From positions 1-61,461 of IMG/VR virus record IMGVR_UViG_3300026120_000001: a DNA stretch of 61,461 bases, one strand, 5' to 3'. A program made the translations under genes and the position numbers. Source of the stretch: a virus (taxonomy: Duplodnaviria > Caudoviricetes). Below, one piece after another: positions 9,914-18,970 of the stretch; within the stretch, counting starts at the first letter, position 1; each line of letters begins with the position of its first letter. The notes under the pieces are model-generated. The model saw only the letters and a program-made list of their open reading frames with translations, did no database searches and had not been told where the DNA came from.

Positions 9914-11989
9914 CTAACTTTGTGTTATTTGTTGGTTACTTTGTTCTAAATCAGCTGCTGGATTGCCCGGTGGGTTCTGTCCCGGTTGTTGCCCACCCTG
10001 CTGTTGAACCGCAGCCATCTGGGGAGACATCATTTGTTGCATACCCATCTGGATTTGCAACTGTTGATACTTATTATTTAAAATATCTGTTTTAGCTCTT
10101 TCTTTAGCCATATCCAATTCAAGTGTTGCGTTTTCTTCTCGTCTTGAGCGCTCAGATGATGAACCATCCAAGGTTCTCATCACATTTTTAACAGCTTCAG
10201 CTCTAGTTATTGGATTTTCACCACCAATTACTCTAAGTAATTCTGTGTTAATTGATCTTTCAACCGCTCTCATTGTTGTACTCATTGGGGATTTATCAAC
10301 AACAACTTTAGCCCTATCAAGAAGAGTAATATCATTCAATATTATTTCACCTTCAGGTGTCATGATGGGTTTGTTGATTTCAACTATCTTATTTTCAGAA
10401 GGAATCACAAACTCTCTATAAACATCTCCATAAAGTTGTTTTGCGGCAATCAAATAGGCTTCTCCTTTTTGATTCCAATAAAACTCAAGAGATTTAATAA
10501 TAGAAGCCTGATTAATTTCAGATTGCAGTTGTTTTCTAGCAAAAAGAATACCAGATTCATCAGAACTCTGTGTTCTAGCATCTGAAGCAGCAGAGTGTTT
10601 GCTAATCATATCGGTCATGTCTACCATACGATTTAGCATATTTATAATGCCATAATCCATCTGTGTTCTTGGTAGCTCTTGAATATAATTTCTACCAGAT
10701 GCAAGTCTACCCGGACCAGACCAATCGGTGTATGATGGGTTGTTGAAATTCTCTCTCATTCGTTCCATACGAACTGGATCATTATCAACAATCTCTGGAT
10801 CTATTAATTTTCCACCATTAGCAGAAGATGATATCATGTGATCTACAAGAGACTCTCTTTTATTATATGTCTGTTGTAGACTTCTAAGAAGTTCCGGGAT
10901 ACCAGAATTTTCACCATTAATTCTGCACGAAGACCAATGAAAAAATGGCAATCTACCAAGTTGTAGATATCCACGTTTATCTTGTAATGGTTTTGTTTTT
11001 GAAATCTCTGGACAAATAGTTGTTACATAATAGATGTTTTCATATATTTCTCTTTCTATAACATCTTCATCTAAATTAACACCATTAAATTCAGCCCATT
11101 GTTTCAAAAATTCATCATCACCATCAGGTATGATCGACCCATCATTTACATTAACTCGTATTTTATTCTTTTCTTTTTCCATGTGGTGATATTCAATCAC
11201 TCTGTATAAATCACCATATGAAGTGTCTTGTTCAAATCTAATAAGCCCTTTGTCTGTAGCTCCCTCCTCATATTCAGAGGCAACTTGAGCTTGAAGTCTA
11301 ATCATGGCTTTGATTTGAGAATCATCAATTCCATATTTTTTTGATATTTCAGAAGGGGTTAGATAAGAGGTTTTCCAAAGACGTTTGAGATCTCTAGAAT
11401 CATAGGATTTCCAGTTGGGATCTAAAACATAATGACCGGGGAGGAGTGTTCTAAAACCAATATTACCAAGGGGTGAGTATCGATCACTAACAAACATCTC
11501 TTCTACGCCTTGATAAACAAGGCCGTGTCTTGTTAATTCCATGTAGGACGCTTCCCAATCCATCAATTCTTTGTCACTAAGAAGCATCCGTTTTAGTATT
11601 TTTGCGAGTTCGTCAAATCGTGGATCTATTGATTCATATCCAATATCAAACCAAGATTTTATTATAGAACCTTGAAGTCCATCAACTTTACCTCTAACTA
11701 TATTTGCTTGAAATGGATTTCGTCCCTGTTCTTTTAATATACTTAAAGCCTCAGAATCCCATTGACCATTTCTAAATCCGGTGTATAATCTCCAATCGGC
11801 TTCTTCGTTTAACCTTTCGTCATATCTTTCAGCTAAAACTTTATCAAATTCGGCCTCTAACAAAGAGACCTTTGCTGAAGGTGTTTCAACAAAAGGCATA
11901 CTGTCTTTGTCAAATCTGTCTTTTTTATTGGGTTTACCAATCCTATTAATTAGATTAGATAAATCCCCAAGTCCCCAAGATTCAGCCAT
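9914..11989 (-). CDS. portal protein (P22-like)
   Basis: 691 aa; YTG...GQW.......L..QGR.P...N motif, Gln-rich C-terminus, downstream of terminase. Confidence 0.85.
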   Translation of the reverse strand: MAESWGLGDLSNLINRIGKPNKKDRFDKDSMPFVETPSAKVSLLEAEFDKVLAERYDERLNEEADWRLYTGFRNGQWDSEALSILKEQGRNPFQANIVRGKVDGLQGSIIKSWFDIGYESIDPRFDELAKILKRMLLSDKELMDWEASYMELTRHGLVYQGVEEMFVSDRYSPLGNIGFRTLLPGHYVLDPNWKSYDSRDLKRLWKTSYLTPSEISKKYGIDDSQIKAMIRLQAQVASEYEEGATDKGLIRFEQDTSYGDLYRVIEYHHMEKEKNKIRVNVNDGSIIPDGDDEFLKQWAEFNGVNLDEDVIEREIYENIYYVTTICPEISKTKPLQDKRGYLQLGRLPFFHWSSCRINGENSGIPELLRSLQQTYNKRESLVDHMISSSANGGKLIDPEIVDNDPVRMERMRENFNNPSYTDWSGPGRLASGRNYIQELPRTQMDYGIINMLNRMVDMTDMISKHSAASDARTQSSDESGILFARKQLQSEINQASIIKSLEFYWNQKGEAYLIAAKQLYGDVYREFVIPSENKIVEINKPIMTPEGEIILNDITLLDRAKVVVDKSPMSTTMRAVERSINTELLRVIGGENPITRAEAVKNVMRTLDGSSSERSRREENATLELDMAKERAKTDILNNKYQQLQIQMGMQQMMSPQMAAVQQQGGQQPGQNPPGNPAADLEQSNQQITQS

Positions 11990-12236
11990 TATAAGGTATT
12001 ACTTTCAATGATGATTCAAGTTCTAGTTTTTTTTCTTTTGATATGGGCTCCATTTCTACAGCACCGCCCTTTAAATCTTTAACTTTCCAAATTATTTTAC
12101 ATATAGGACATCTCAAATATAGATATTCATCATCCAAAATAGCCAAAAGATGACCACATGTAGAATGTTCAACCCCAGTATGTTTACTGCTGTGTTTTCT
12201 ATCTTCTGGACATCTTATTGAATATAGAGTGCTCAT
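11982..12236 (-). CDS. small Zn-ribbon protein (Com-like)
   Basis: IRCP...TCGHLLA...LRCPICK cysteine pattern. Confidence 0.55.
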   Translation of the reverse strand: MSTLYSIRCPEDRKHSSKHTGVEHSTCGHLLAILDDEYLYLRCPICKIIWKVKDLKGGAVEMEPISKEKKLELESSLKVIPYNG

Positions 12237-12242
12237 TTAACA

Positions 12243-12271
12243 AATATAATACAAAAATAATGAGAAGTCAA
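12243..12271 (-). promoter_or_regulatory. sigma70-type promoter TTGACT-N17-TATATT
   Basis: reverse complement TTGACTTCTCATTATTTTTGTATTATATT; -10 ends 6 nt before ATG at 12236. Confidence 0.7.
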
Positions 12272-14266
12272 TTATAATGTCATCCAATTAAGATTGGTAG
12301 TTGGTTTTTTAATAACACCATTAGAATAACTAGTATTAAATGGAGATGTTTCTATACTTCTTTTTTTATCTCTAAGAAAAGAAACCGCGTTGGCTAAAGA
12401 ATAGCACAAACCAAAATCAACATGTTGGACATTTTTAGATTTATCCATTTTCCAGTTACCCAATTGTTTTATAGAAACCCCGCATTTTTCATTTATCGAT
12501 ATATTTCTATTTGTAATCTGAAGATTCAATGTTTCTATGGCAGACAATTCGTCATATTTATAGTTTTCAAAAACACTGATTCCAAATTTTCTAAATTTCC
12601 AGTCCAAAGAATCACCGCTTTTGCTGAACATCTTGTTGTTGCCTAGTATCTTATTAAATGGATATCTTTCTCTTATGTGTGCTGCTATATACATCAGAGC
12701 ATCATCTCCACAATATTCATCGTATAGATATGCTTTATAACCATCCCAAGAAACGTATGATATAGAGAAAAACAAATCGGGAGATACGTGGATAGAACAA
12801 TACTTTTCAGATCCAGCGTAAGCCACATGTGATCTTATTATATTTTTATCCAGTGGATCAAAATCTTTAATCACAACTCTTTCTGGTTCTTTGTTGTAAA
12901 AACAAAGCATCAGAGCATCGGCTCTATCTGGAGATCCACCAAAATTCTTTTTAAAATCAGACTTGGGTTGAATCATTATTTTGCCAGTATTTGATGGTTT
13001 CCACGTTCTAGCTGCTAGCTCTTCTTTTAGCTTTTCGTCTTCTGGTAGAGATATAACAGGAAGCATATTTCTAAAGTATCCCCACATCGAGCTTGCTTCA
13101 TTGTGATATGTATCATTACCAGACCCACCAAAATTACAAGGTATTGGTTCTATATTATTCTGTCTGTCTAAAGCCAATATGTCAAAAACACCACCACCAA
13201 CACCAACATCATCAACTTTAATTCTAATCTTTCCTTGATATTCTGTGGTTTCTCTTATCTCTAATACTGTAGATATAACCAAATTAGCAGTATCTGGAAT
13301 GCTACTTTTCGACAATGTTTTTGCTGGATAAACTTTATTACCATGTCTCCAATAAACAACAGTTAAATCGTCTCCAAAACGAGCAACGTCTACACCGATC
13401 TCAATCTCTCCCATTGGTGTAACGTCTCTCAACATAGATTGATTAACGTCGTGTAAAGACAAGAAGGAATCTGCATTTTCCGGTGGAAATTCACCAAGGA
13501 TATTAATCAAATAAAGAGGATGATCAATACCATATTTTCGTTTATAATAATGAACTTGTTCTTTATCAACAAACGGAGAATCAACGCTTGAATATGTATT
13601 TGAATCCCATCTGTTTCTGTCTTTGTTAAATGTATCAAAGAAGAAACCAGTTACTTTTGTTGGGTTTGAAATCAGTCCAATTTTATTGTTTTCCCCACTT
13701 GTCAGTGTTGCATCCAAAGTATCTAAAATTTCATCTTCTATACCAGAAGCCTCATCAGCAATGATCATTAAATTTGGAGCATGTATACCAGACATACTTT
13801 CTTTGTCTTTTGCTGTTCTTGGCTCAGCAAAACAACCATTTCTATTTTCTCTTAACGATATTCTTTCTTGTCCAAGTTCAAACAAATCGGCATATTTTGG
13901 TCCAACTAAACTTCGATCAAACCACATTAAAATTTCATTCCACAACGCGGTTTTAAGTGTTTTGAATGATGGTGCAGTACACTCAAATTTTGTTGAGTCT
14001 GGATATATACACAACCAATATACACAAAGAAAAGCAACAGCCGCCGTTTTACCAATACCACGACCAGATTTCCTTGATACTCTACGATTCTTAGTCATAG
14101 ATATTAGGAAATCTTCCTGTTGATTAGATAGATTTAATTTCCCACCGTTACGAACAGATTCTTTATGGAAAATAACATCATGAACAAATTCCACAATGTT
14201 ATCTCTATAATATCTAATCATGTCTGGTGAGAACATGTCTGCATATTTTGGTTTGTTTCTACTCAT
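12272..14266 (-). CDS. terL: terminase large subunit
   Basis: Walker A SGRGIGKT, Walker B IIADEA, ISNP coupling motif, nuclease GVDVARFGDD and SPDRADA; ~200-aa C-terminal extension. Confidence 0.95.
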   Translation of the reverse strand: MSRNKPKYADMFSPDMIRYYRDNIVEFVHDVIFHKESVRNGGKLNLSNQQEDFLISMTKNRRVSRKSGRGIGKTAAVAFLCVYWLCIYPDSTKFECTAPSFKTLKTALWNEILMWFDRSLVGPKYADLFELGQERISLRENRNGCFAEPRTAKDKESMSGIHAPNLMIIADEASGIEDEILDTLDATLTSGENNKIGLISNPTKVTGFFFDTFNKDRNRWDSNTYSSVDSPFVDKEQVHYYKRKYGIDHPLYLINILGEFPPENADSFLSLHDVNQSMLRDVTPMGEIEIGVDVARFGDDLTVVYWRHGNKVYPAKTLSKSSIPDTANLVISTVLEIRETTEYQGKIRIKVDDVGVGGGVFDILALDRQNNIEPIPCNFGGSGNDTYHNEASSMWGYFRNMLPVISLPEDEKLKEELAARTWKPSNTGKIMIQPKSDFKKNFGGSPDRADALMLCFYNKEPERVVIKDFDPLDKNIIRSHVAYAGSEKYCSIHVSPDLFFSISYVSWDGYKAYLYDEYCGDDALMYIAAHIRERYPFNKILGNNKMFSKSGDSLDWKFRKFGISVFENYKYDELSAIETLNLQITNRNISINEKCGVSIKQLGNWKMDKSKNVQHVDFGLCYSLANAVSFLRDKKRSIETSPFNTSYSNGVIKKPTTNLNWMTL

Positions 14267-14463
14267 TTATTCTTAAAAATCCTATTCCATTTTTCTTCTG
14301 AAATTCTAGTATAATCAACAGTGGGACATTTATGGCCCGGAGTAGAAAACCCACCATTGGTAATTTTTTGTCTACGTGATGGACCATAAGTTCCCTTTGG
14401 GTAAGAACCTCTACCAAATCCTTCCTTGTTACCACCACCATATCCAACCTGAATTTTACTCAT
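14263..14463 (-). CDS. small hypothetical protein (start revised to 14463)
   Basis: MSKIQVGYGGGNK...EEKWNRIFKNK; AGGGG RBS, stop overlaps terL start. Confidence 0.55.
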   Translation of the reverse strand: MSKIQVGYGGGNKEGFGRGSYPKGTYGPSRRQKITNGGFSTPGHKCPTVDYTRISEEKWNRIFKNK

Positions 14464-14731
14464 TTGTTTCCCCTTCTGACTCATCCAAGAACGTAACTGT
14501 TGTTCCAAGAGTCTGGTTTGCTTGAAAAATAGCACCATTCAAAAAATTAATCTCAGAAGCCATTCTTTTTATCTGGTTAAGATAAGGAACAATATTGTTA
14601 GACGTTACGTGGTGATCATAAGTAAAAGTGACTTGTTTCTTTTCGTCGTCCCACTTAAAATTATCAGCGTCAGCATAAGTGTTAGCAATAATTGCTTCAA
14701 TTACTTCTTTGTTTAGTGTAATTTCATTCAT
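14456..14731 (-). CDS. hypothetical protein (start revised to 14731)
   Basis: MNEITLNKEV... preceded by GAGGA. Confidence 0.6.
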   Translation of the reverse strand: MNEITLNKEVIEAIIANTYADADNFKWDDEKKQVTFTYDHHVTSNNIVPYLNQIKRMASEINFLNGAIFQANQTLGTTVTFLDESEGETNE

Positions 14732-14881
14732 TATCTTCGTCCTCGATGATATCAAAAAGAAAACCAAACGAATTATATAAAATTTCATTCACTGTGTTAT
14801 AATCAAACTGTGTATTGCCAATCGACTCATTTGAAAAGTAATCACAAATTTGAATCGACACATCTTTTACTAGTTTTTCTT

Positions 14882-15430
14882 TCATTTTACAATCTCCCAA
14901 TCCAAATCATAAAAAAGGTTAGATTTTTGAAGGTCTCTTGGAGAAACCTTATTCCAAAATTCATCTGGATAATCAGTAAAACTCCAAGTTTTTTCTACAT
15001 AATATTCTGAACAATATGGTTCTTGTTTATCGTTTTTAACATTTCTAAATATAAACCAATCAGTGAACATCAACAAATCTTTAAATGGATATTTCAACTG
15101 TTTTCTATAATCTAGGGCTATATCCATTTGAATTCGTTCCATATCAATAAAATCTTTTAGTCTACGAACACCAACAATCCATCTTTTGTTGTTGTTGAGG
15201 TATCTCTCAAATGGAGACAATGATATTCCACCTTTTTTTCCAAGCATCTCCATTAGAAGAAGCTGACCATGAAATTCAACCACAATGGCTGCATGTGTAG
15301 CACAATTAGGATCATCTTCCCCACCAGAAAATCTTTTTATTGTATTTGGAACTATACCTTTTCCAGTAGTTAAAACCAAATCTATCGGCCTAAGATTCCA
15401 ATATTTAACACCATTAGTCATTAGTCCCAT
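14882..15430 (-). CDS. permuted papain-like (YaeF/YiiX, NlpC/P60) amidase/peptidase
   Basis: His-first THAAIV and later YCSE Cys motif, C-terminal VSPRDL. Confidence 0.75.
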   Translation of the reverse strand: MGLMTNGVKYWNLRPIDLVLTTGKGIVPNTIKRFSGGEDDPNCATHAAIVVEFHGQLLLMEMLGKKGGISLSPFERYLNNNKRWIVGVRRLKDFIDMERIQMDIALDYRKQLKYPFKDLLMFTDWFIFRNVKNDKQEPYCSEYYVEKTWSFTDYPDEFWNKVSPRDLQKSNLFYDLDWEIVK

Positions 15431-15911
15431 CCATTTGGTCTTCGTTGTTGATTATTTTGAATTTCTTTTCAAAACTTTTTTTAAGAATTTCCTGTGGTGT
15501 TTCATTTGAATTTGTTTCTATTCTTTCTATGTACATACCACGGATTTTACCAAGTTCAATAGCAGATTTTAATTGTATGTTTTCACTACCATTTTCACAT
15601 AGATGTTTTAGTTTTTTCACTACATAAAAACGATCAACCAACAAACTATCTTCAAGCTCTTTTCTAACAGCAGACATGTAGTCTAGGATTTTCCTATTCT
15701 TCATGTTATCTGATGCTATTCTTTTTACTGAATCGTTTGTGCAATCAACATACACGTTCCTAGCTGACTCTGTTGGGGTAATATCTAGAAACAATACATT
15801 ATCGGCAAAAGCCTTTTGTTTTTCAGTTAGTCTATCACCAGTAATTTCTGATTCTTTTCTTTTATTTGGCATGTTTCTTATGTTTCTCCCCTTTACGGTG
15901 TCCATTATCAC
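15414..15911 (-). CDS. terS: terminase small subunit
   Basis: LTEKQKAFAD...TESARNVY...AIELGKIRGMY, typical Terminase_2-like pattern; start may be 15872. Confidence 0.75.
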   Translation of the reverse strand: MIMDTVKGRNIRNMPNKRKESEITGDRLTEKQKAFADNVLFLDITPTESARNVYVDCTNDSVKRIASDNMKNRKILDYMSAVRKELEDSLLVDRFYVVKKLKHLCENGSENIQLKSAIELGKIRGMYIERIETNSNETPQEILKKSFEKKFKIINNEDQMDGTND

Positions 15912-16128
15912 TTCTATTTGAATTTATGCTTCTAATGCGGGTGTTTGATGTGGACCTACTACCTCCGCTTCTAAGGGGGTTACGATGGTCAATGTCGCTC
16001 GTGCTACCCTTAGATACTCTACCATCTCTTATAGCCTTCCTACGGGCCTTATTTCGCGCTGCTCGGTCCTTCTTAGCTTTGGTTGAAGAATGATGCTTCT
16101 TATATTCATCTTTATAATTTCTTGGCAT
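15862..16128 (-). CDS. HNH endonuclease-like protein (start revised to 16128)
   Basis: DIDHRNPLRSGGS..SNTRI...NR motif; the longer start overlaps tRNA-Gln. Confidence 0.75.
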   Translation of the reverse strand: MPRNYKDEYKKHHSSTKAKKDRAARNKARRKAIRDGRVSKGSTSDIDHRNPLRSGGSRSTSNTRIRSINSNRSDNGHRKGEKHKKHAK

Positions 16129-16149
16129 GTGATTTCCTTTTTTTTTAAT

Positions 16150-16221
16150 AAGGGGATTTGGGACTCGAACCCAAGTTTGAAGATCCAAAATCTTCCGTCC
16201 TAACCACTGGACTAATCCCCT
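16150..16221 (-). tRNA. tRNA-Gln(TTG)
   Basis: AGGGGAT/ATCCCCT acceptor, GAAGA-TTTTGGA-TCTTC anticodon arm, TTCGAGT T loop; no encoded CCA. Confidence 0.9.
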
Positions 16222-16231
16222 ATTTGTGTAA

Positions 16232-16308
16232 TGGAGGGCAAGGTGGGACTCGAACCCACGACCATCCGGTTAACAGCCGGAAGCTCTAAACCACTGAGCT
16301 ACTCACCC
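16232..16308 (-). tRNA. tRNA-Asn(GTT)
   Basis: TCCGG-CTGTTAA-CCGGA anticodon arm, GTGGG-TTCGAGT-CCCAC T arm, encoded CCA. Confidence 0.9.
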
Positions 16309-16313
16309 TTATA

Positions 16314-16389
16314 TGGAGCCGGTAGAAGGACTCGAACCATCAACAAGATGTTTACAATACATCTGCTCTACCTATTGAGCTATACCGGC
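16314..16389 (-). tRNA. tRNA-Thr(TGT)
   Basis: GCCGGTA/TACCGGC acceptor, GATGT-ATTGTAA-ACATC anticodon arm, encoded CCA. Confidence 0.88.
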
Positions 16390-16391
16390 AT

Positions 16392-16526
16392 TTACTCTTC
16401 ATATTGAAACATAGTCATCATCTTATTGCAGCTTGGACAAAGAACACTTATATTTTTAATCTGAAAATCTCTAACTATAATTTCTTCAACCAATCCGCAG
16501 TATTCACATTCAAGCTCTATTATCAT
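16392..16526 (-). CDS. 44-aa zinc-ribbon protein (not in ORF track)
   Basis: MIIELECEYCG...LCPSCNKMM; two CxxC. Confidence 0.55.
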   Translation of the reverse strand: MIIELECEYCGLVEEIIVRDFQIKNISVLCPSCNKMMTMFQYEE

Positions 16527-16618
16527 TTGATTCATCTTGTTTATTCTGTATCCTTCTTATTTTTTCAAGCTCATTAAAACACAATTCAGACAATTCTCTA
16601 TCACAATCTCTCAATTTA

Positions 16619-16888
16619 TTAATTACTTTGAATAGCTTCTTTTGAGAAATCTGGATTATATCGTCTTTCTTTTTTTGACTCAATTAAAACATCCTTCGCT
16701 TTGTCTATAAGAAACTCAGCCACGTTGTCATAATATTCAACTGGTACTTTAGACATGAGTGAATCAATCAAATCATAAGATACTTCGTCTTCAACACCAG
16801 TCTCATTATCCTTGAATCTTACAACCATCTTACCGGTTTCATTATTTACAACTAATTTGATTTCCCATATTTCATCGACTAATTGCAT
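16619..16888 (-). CDS. hypothetical protein
   Basis: 89-aa ORF within the leftward operon. Confidence 0.6.
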   Translation of the reverse strand: MQLVDEIWEIKLVVNNETGKMVVRFKDNETGVEDEVSYDLIDSLMSKVPVEYYDNVAEFLIDKAKDVLIESKKERRYNPDFSKEAIQSN

Positions 16889-17048
16889 CTTTTGGCCTTT
16901 TCATATTTTTGGTACTCTGAAAAAAATCCCACGCTTCTTGAGACATTGGATAAGATTTTCTACATGTGCTACAATAATATTCTGAATTTCTCTGACCCGT
17001 ATCTGATACTAATGGAGAAAGATTGTGTCCACATCGTTCACATTTCAT
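16872..17048 (-). CDS. 58-aa zinc-finger protein (not in ORF track)
   Basis: MKCERCGHNL...YYCSTCRKSY; ATGA overlap with upstream gene. Confidence 0.55.
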   Translation of the reverse strand: MKCERCGHNLSPLVSDTGQRNSEYYCSTCRKSYPMSQEAWDFFQSTKNMKRPKDAISR

Positions 17049-17752
17049 AGTTTAAATTCCCAGTTAAATTCTACAGCAGCATCGAAGTTACCATCTAACA
17101 TATATTCATACATTTGATTGCAGTAATCAAACATTTTAACACAATTTGATGGTATCTCAAGATCCACATCTGTTTTATCACCAATAGTAGCTAACGCATA
17201 TTCAAATTGTTTTCTTGTTGCGTTGGATTCTGATATAAATTTTAGTGTTTCAACTGCGTTTTCTGGATCTTTGAAATAATCTTCAGTATCAAAAACAACC
17301 ATGTGATTTAGAATCCACATGTTATCTTTTAACCAAGTGAAAAAATATCTATATTCAGAATACAGATAATTAAATGGATAATTCTTAAAATCATCATTTT
17401 TATTGTTTTTTAGAAATATGTTATTGATTGAATTTAATATTCCCAATGGTTTTCTAAGACATACAAGTAATGTGCTATTCTCAATTATATTTCTAGACAG
17501 TCCTGTGTATGAATTAAAAATATTTGGATATAATCCAGAGAAAACAACCTTTACAATTTTATTTTCAAACAACCGGACGTCTTTTTCTCCATTAACTGAA
17601 ACCATGTTGTATTCATAGAGACCGTCTCGGTTAAAATCAGTGAAATCATTTAATTCCTTGTCGTATGCTACTGGAGCACCCAAGAGATCAAATAATTTCA
17701 TTGTTAGGGAGGTGTAACTTCGGATACACCCTGATACGATTATTGTTTTCAT
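17045..17752 (-). CDS. sulfotransferase-family-like protein
   Basis: N-terminal IIVSGCIRSYTSLTM resembles the PAPS-binding G.PRSGTS loop; N..G.YE and CLRKP...S follow. Confidence 0.55.
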   Translation of the reverse strand: MKTIIVSGCIRSYTSLTMKLFDLLGAPVAYDKELNDFTDFNRDGLYEYNMVSVNGEKDVRLFENKIVKVVFSGLYPNIFNSYTGLSRNIIENSTLLVCLRKPLGILNSINNIFLKNNKNDDFKNYPFNYLYSEYRYFFTWLKDNMWILNHMVVFDTEDYFKDPENAVETLKFISESNATRKQFEYALATIGDKTDVDLEIPSNCVKMFDYCNQMYEYMLDGNFDAAVEFNWEFKL

Positions 17753-17758
17753 ATATTT

Positions 17759-17787
17759 AATATGGTCTATTTTTTCAGAGAAGTCAA
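17759..17787 (-). promoter_or_regulatory. promoter TTGACT-N17-CATATT
   Basis: same TTGACTTCTC motif; -10 ends 6 nt before ATG at 17752. Confidence 0.65.
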
Positions 17788-18170
17788 TTGTTTTTATTGA
17801 AATATTTATTTATTACAGGAAATACTTGGTTAAAAAGATAGATGTAATAATAAGCTAGAGGTTCGCTATTTTGTTTTTCACTGACTATACCAACATTCAA
17901 TGTGACATCCATTGAGGCGTGAATTAACTCGTGTAATACAGTACATAGTAAGTATTGTTTCAACTCTGTCTCGCCGTCATCTCTTACCCAGAGATAACAA
18001 TCTTCCTCCTCTGTATCATAATTAATCAGTGTTATGAAGGCACCGGCTGCATTGTTATTCCAATCAACTTGGTATTTTTTTTCTAAAAATGAGATTATCT
18101 CATCTCTGGTTGAAATAATTAATGTGAACCCATGGTTGTAGATGTCGTCATTAATTTTTTTCTTTATCAT
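17784..18170 (-). CDS. small HExxH (zincin-like) protein
   Basis: TVLHELIHA and downstream EPLAY. Confidence 0.6.
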   Translation of the reverse strand: MIKKKINDDIYNHGFTLIISTRDEIISFLEKKYQVDWNNNAAGAFITLINYDTEEEDCYLWVRDDGETELKQYLLCTVLHELIHASMDVTLNVGIVSEKQNSEPLAYYYIYLFNQVFPVINKYFNKNN

Positions 18171-18198
18171 TTAAAGTCCTTTGAGAAGGTGTATTTAT

Positions 18199-18227
18199 AT
18201 TATGCTATTTTTTTTAAGAGAAGTAAA
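18199..18227 (-). promoter_or_regulatory. promoter TTTACT-N17-CATAAT heading the leftward arm
   Basis: TTTACTTCTCTTAAAAAAAATAGCATAAT on minus strand. Confidence 0.6.
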
Positions 18228-18241
18228 TCCCTATATATGTT

Positions 18242-18263
18242 TATATATATATATATATATATA
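18242..18263. repeat. (TA)11 microsatellite in the divergent intergenic region
   Basis: read directly from sequence. Confidence 0.95.
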
Positions 18264-18596
18264 TTAGGTTATCCTACTGTTTGATTAAATATAAATATAC
18301 AGAGGGTTTAAGGAAGGGGTGTGGGGAAACCATTAAGGGGGTATGATGAATTGTTTGAGAAGTGTTGTGTTTTGTATTTGGGTGTTGAACTAGGTAGTCT
18401 TTCTCCTCTCTCCACCACAGGCCACCCCCGACGGGGGATACCCCCGGCCCCCCAATATGGATATCTGACTTCCATATCGCTGGCTGAAAACTTTGGTCGT
18501 TTCCCTTGGTGTAGCGTTGATTCACTGTTCTTTAAAATCTGGTCATGACATGTTTTGGTAATTTCCTTTGTTGTGACACACTGTTTAAATTAGTTT

Positions 18597-18821
18597 TTGT
18601 TTCTTTCCCTAAGTGAGGACAACATGATCGGGAAAAAGATGGACAAAGCAATGAGCACTATCGAAATGTCTATTGCTTTAAATATCAGAAGTGAAAAGAA
18701 AGTTTCTATTAAACGGGTATCCTTGAAGGATTCACCGTTAAAAGATTCTTTCTTGAAAAAGAACAAAGGATATAAGGCAAGAAAAGATAATTACTGTAAA
18801 CGCCCTAATTGGGTATTCTAA
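18597..18821 (+). CDS. small basic early protein (start probably 18624)
   Basis: GAGGA before ATG at 18624; first ORF of rightward arm. Confidence 0.45.
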   Translation: MFLSLSEDNMIGKKMDKAMSTIEMSIALNIRSEKKVSIKRVSLKDSPLKDSFLKKNKGYKARKDNYCKRPNWVF

Positions 18822-18907
18822 GGAGAGCACTGTGATTGAAGCTATTGTCGGTTCGTTCCTGTTGTTTTTGGTTGTTTCCATGTGTAACCGTTAAACCCCC
18901 TTAACTG

Positions 18908-18970
18908 GGGCAGTAATGCAGCCTATTAAAATAGACGGTCCAAAGCCCGTGGAAATGCAGATGGATGCTC
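18908..18970 (+). ncRNA. twister ribozyme, type P1
   Basis: GGGCA-G-UAA-UGCA-GC-[CUAU/AUAG]-ACGG-UCCAAAGC-CCGU-GGAAA-UGCA-GAUGGA-UGCUC; P1, P2, P3, P4 and both pseudoknots (UCCA/UGGA, GC/GC) can form. Confidence 0.9.

Noticed and set aside
13623-14123. Antisense ORFs such as 13623-14123, 48060-48458, 54959-55366 and 56395-56829
   Set aside because: They lie wholly opposite well-supported genes and lack RBS and motifs; treated as shadow ORFs.
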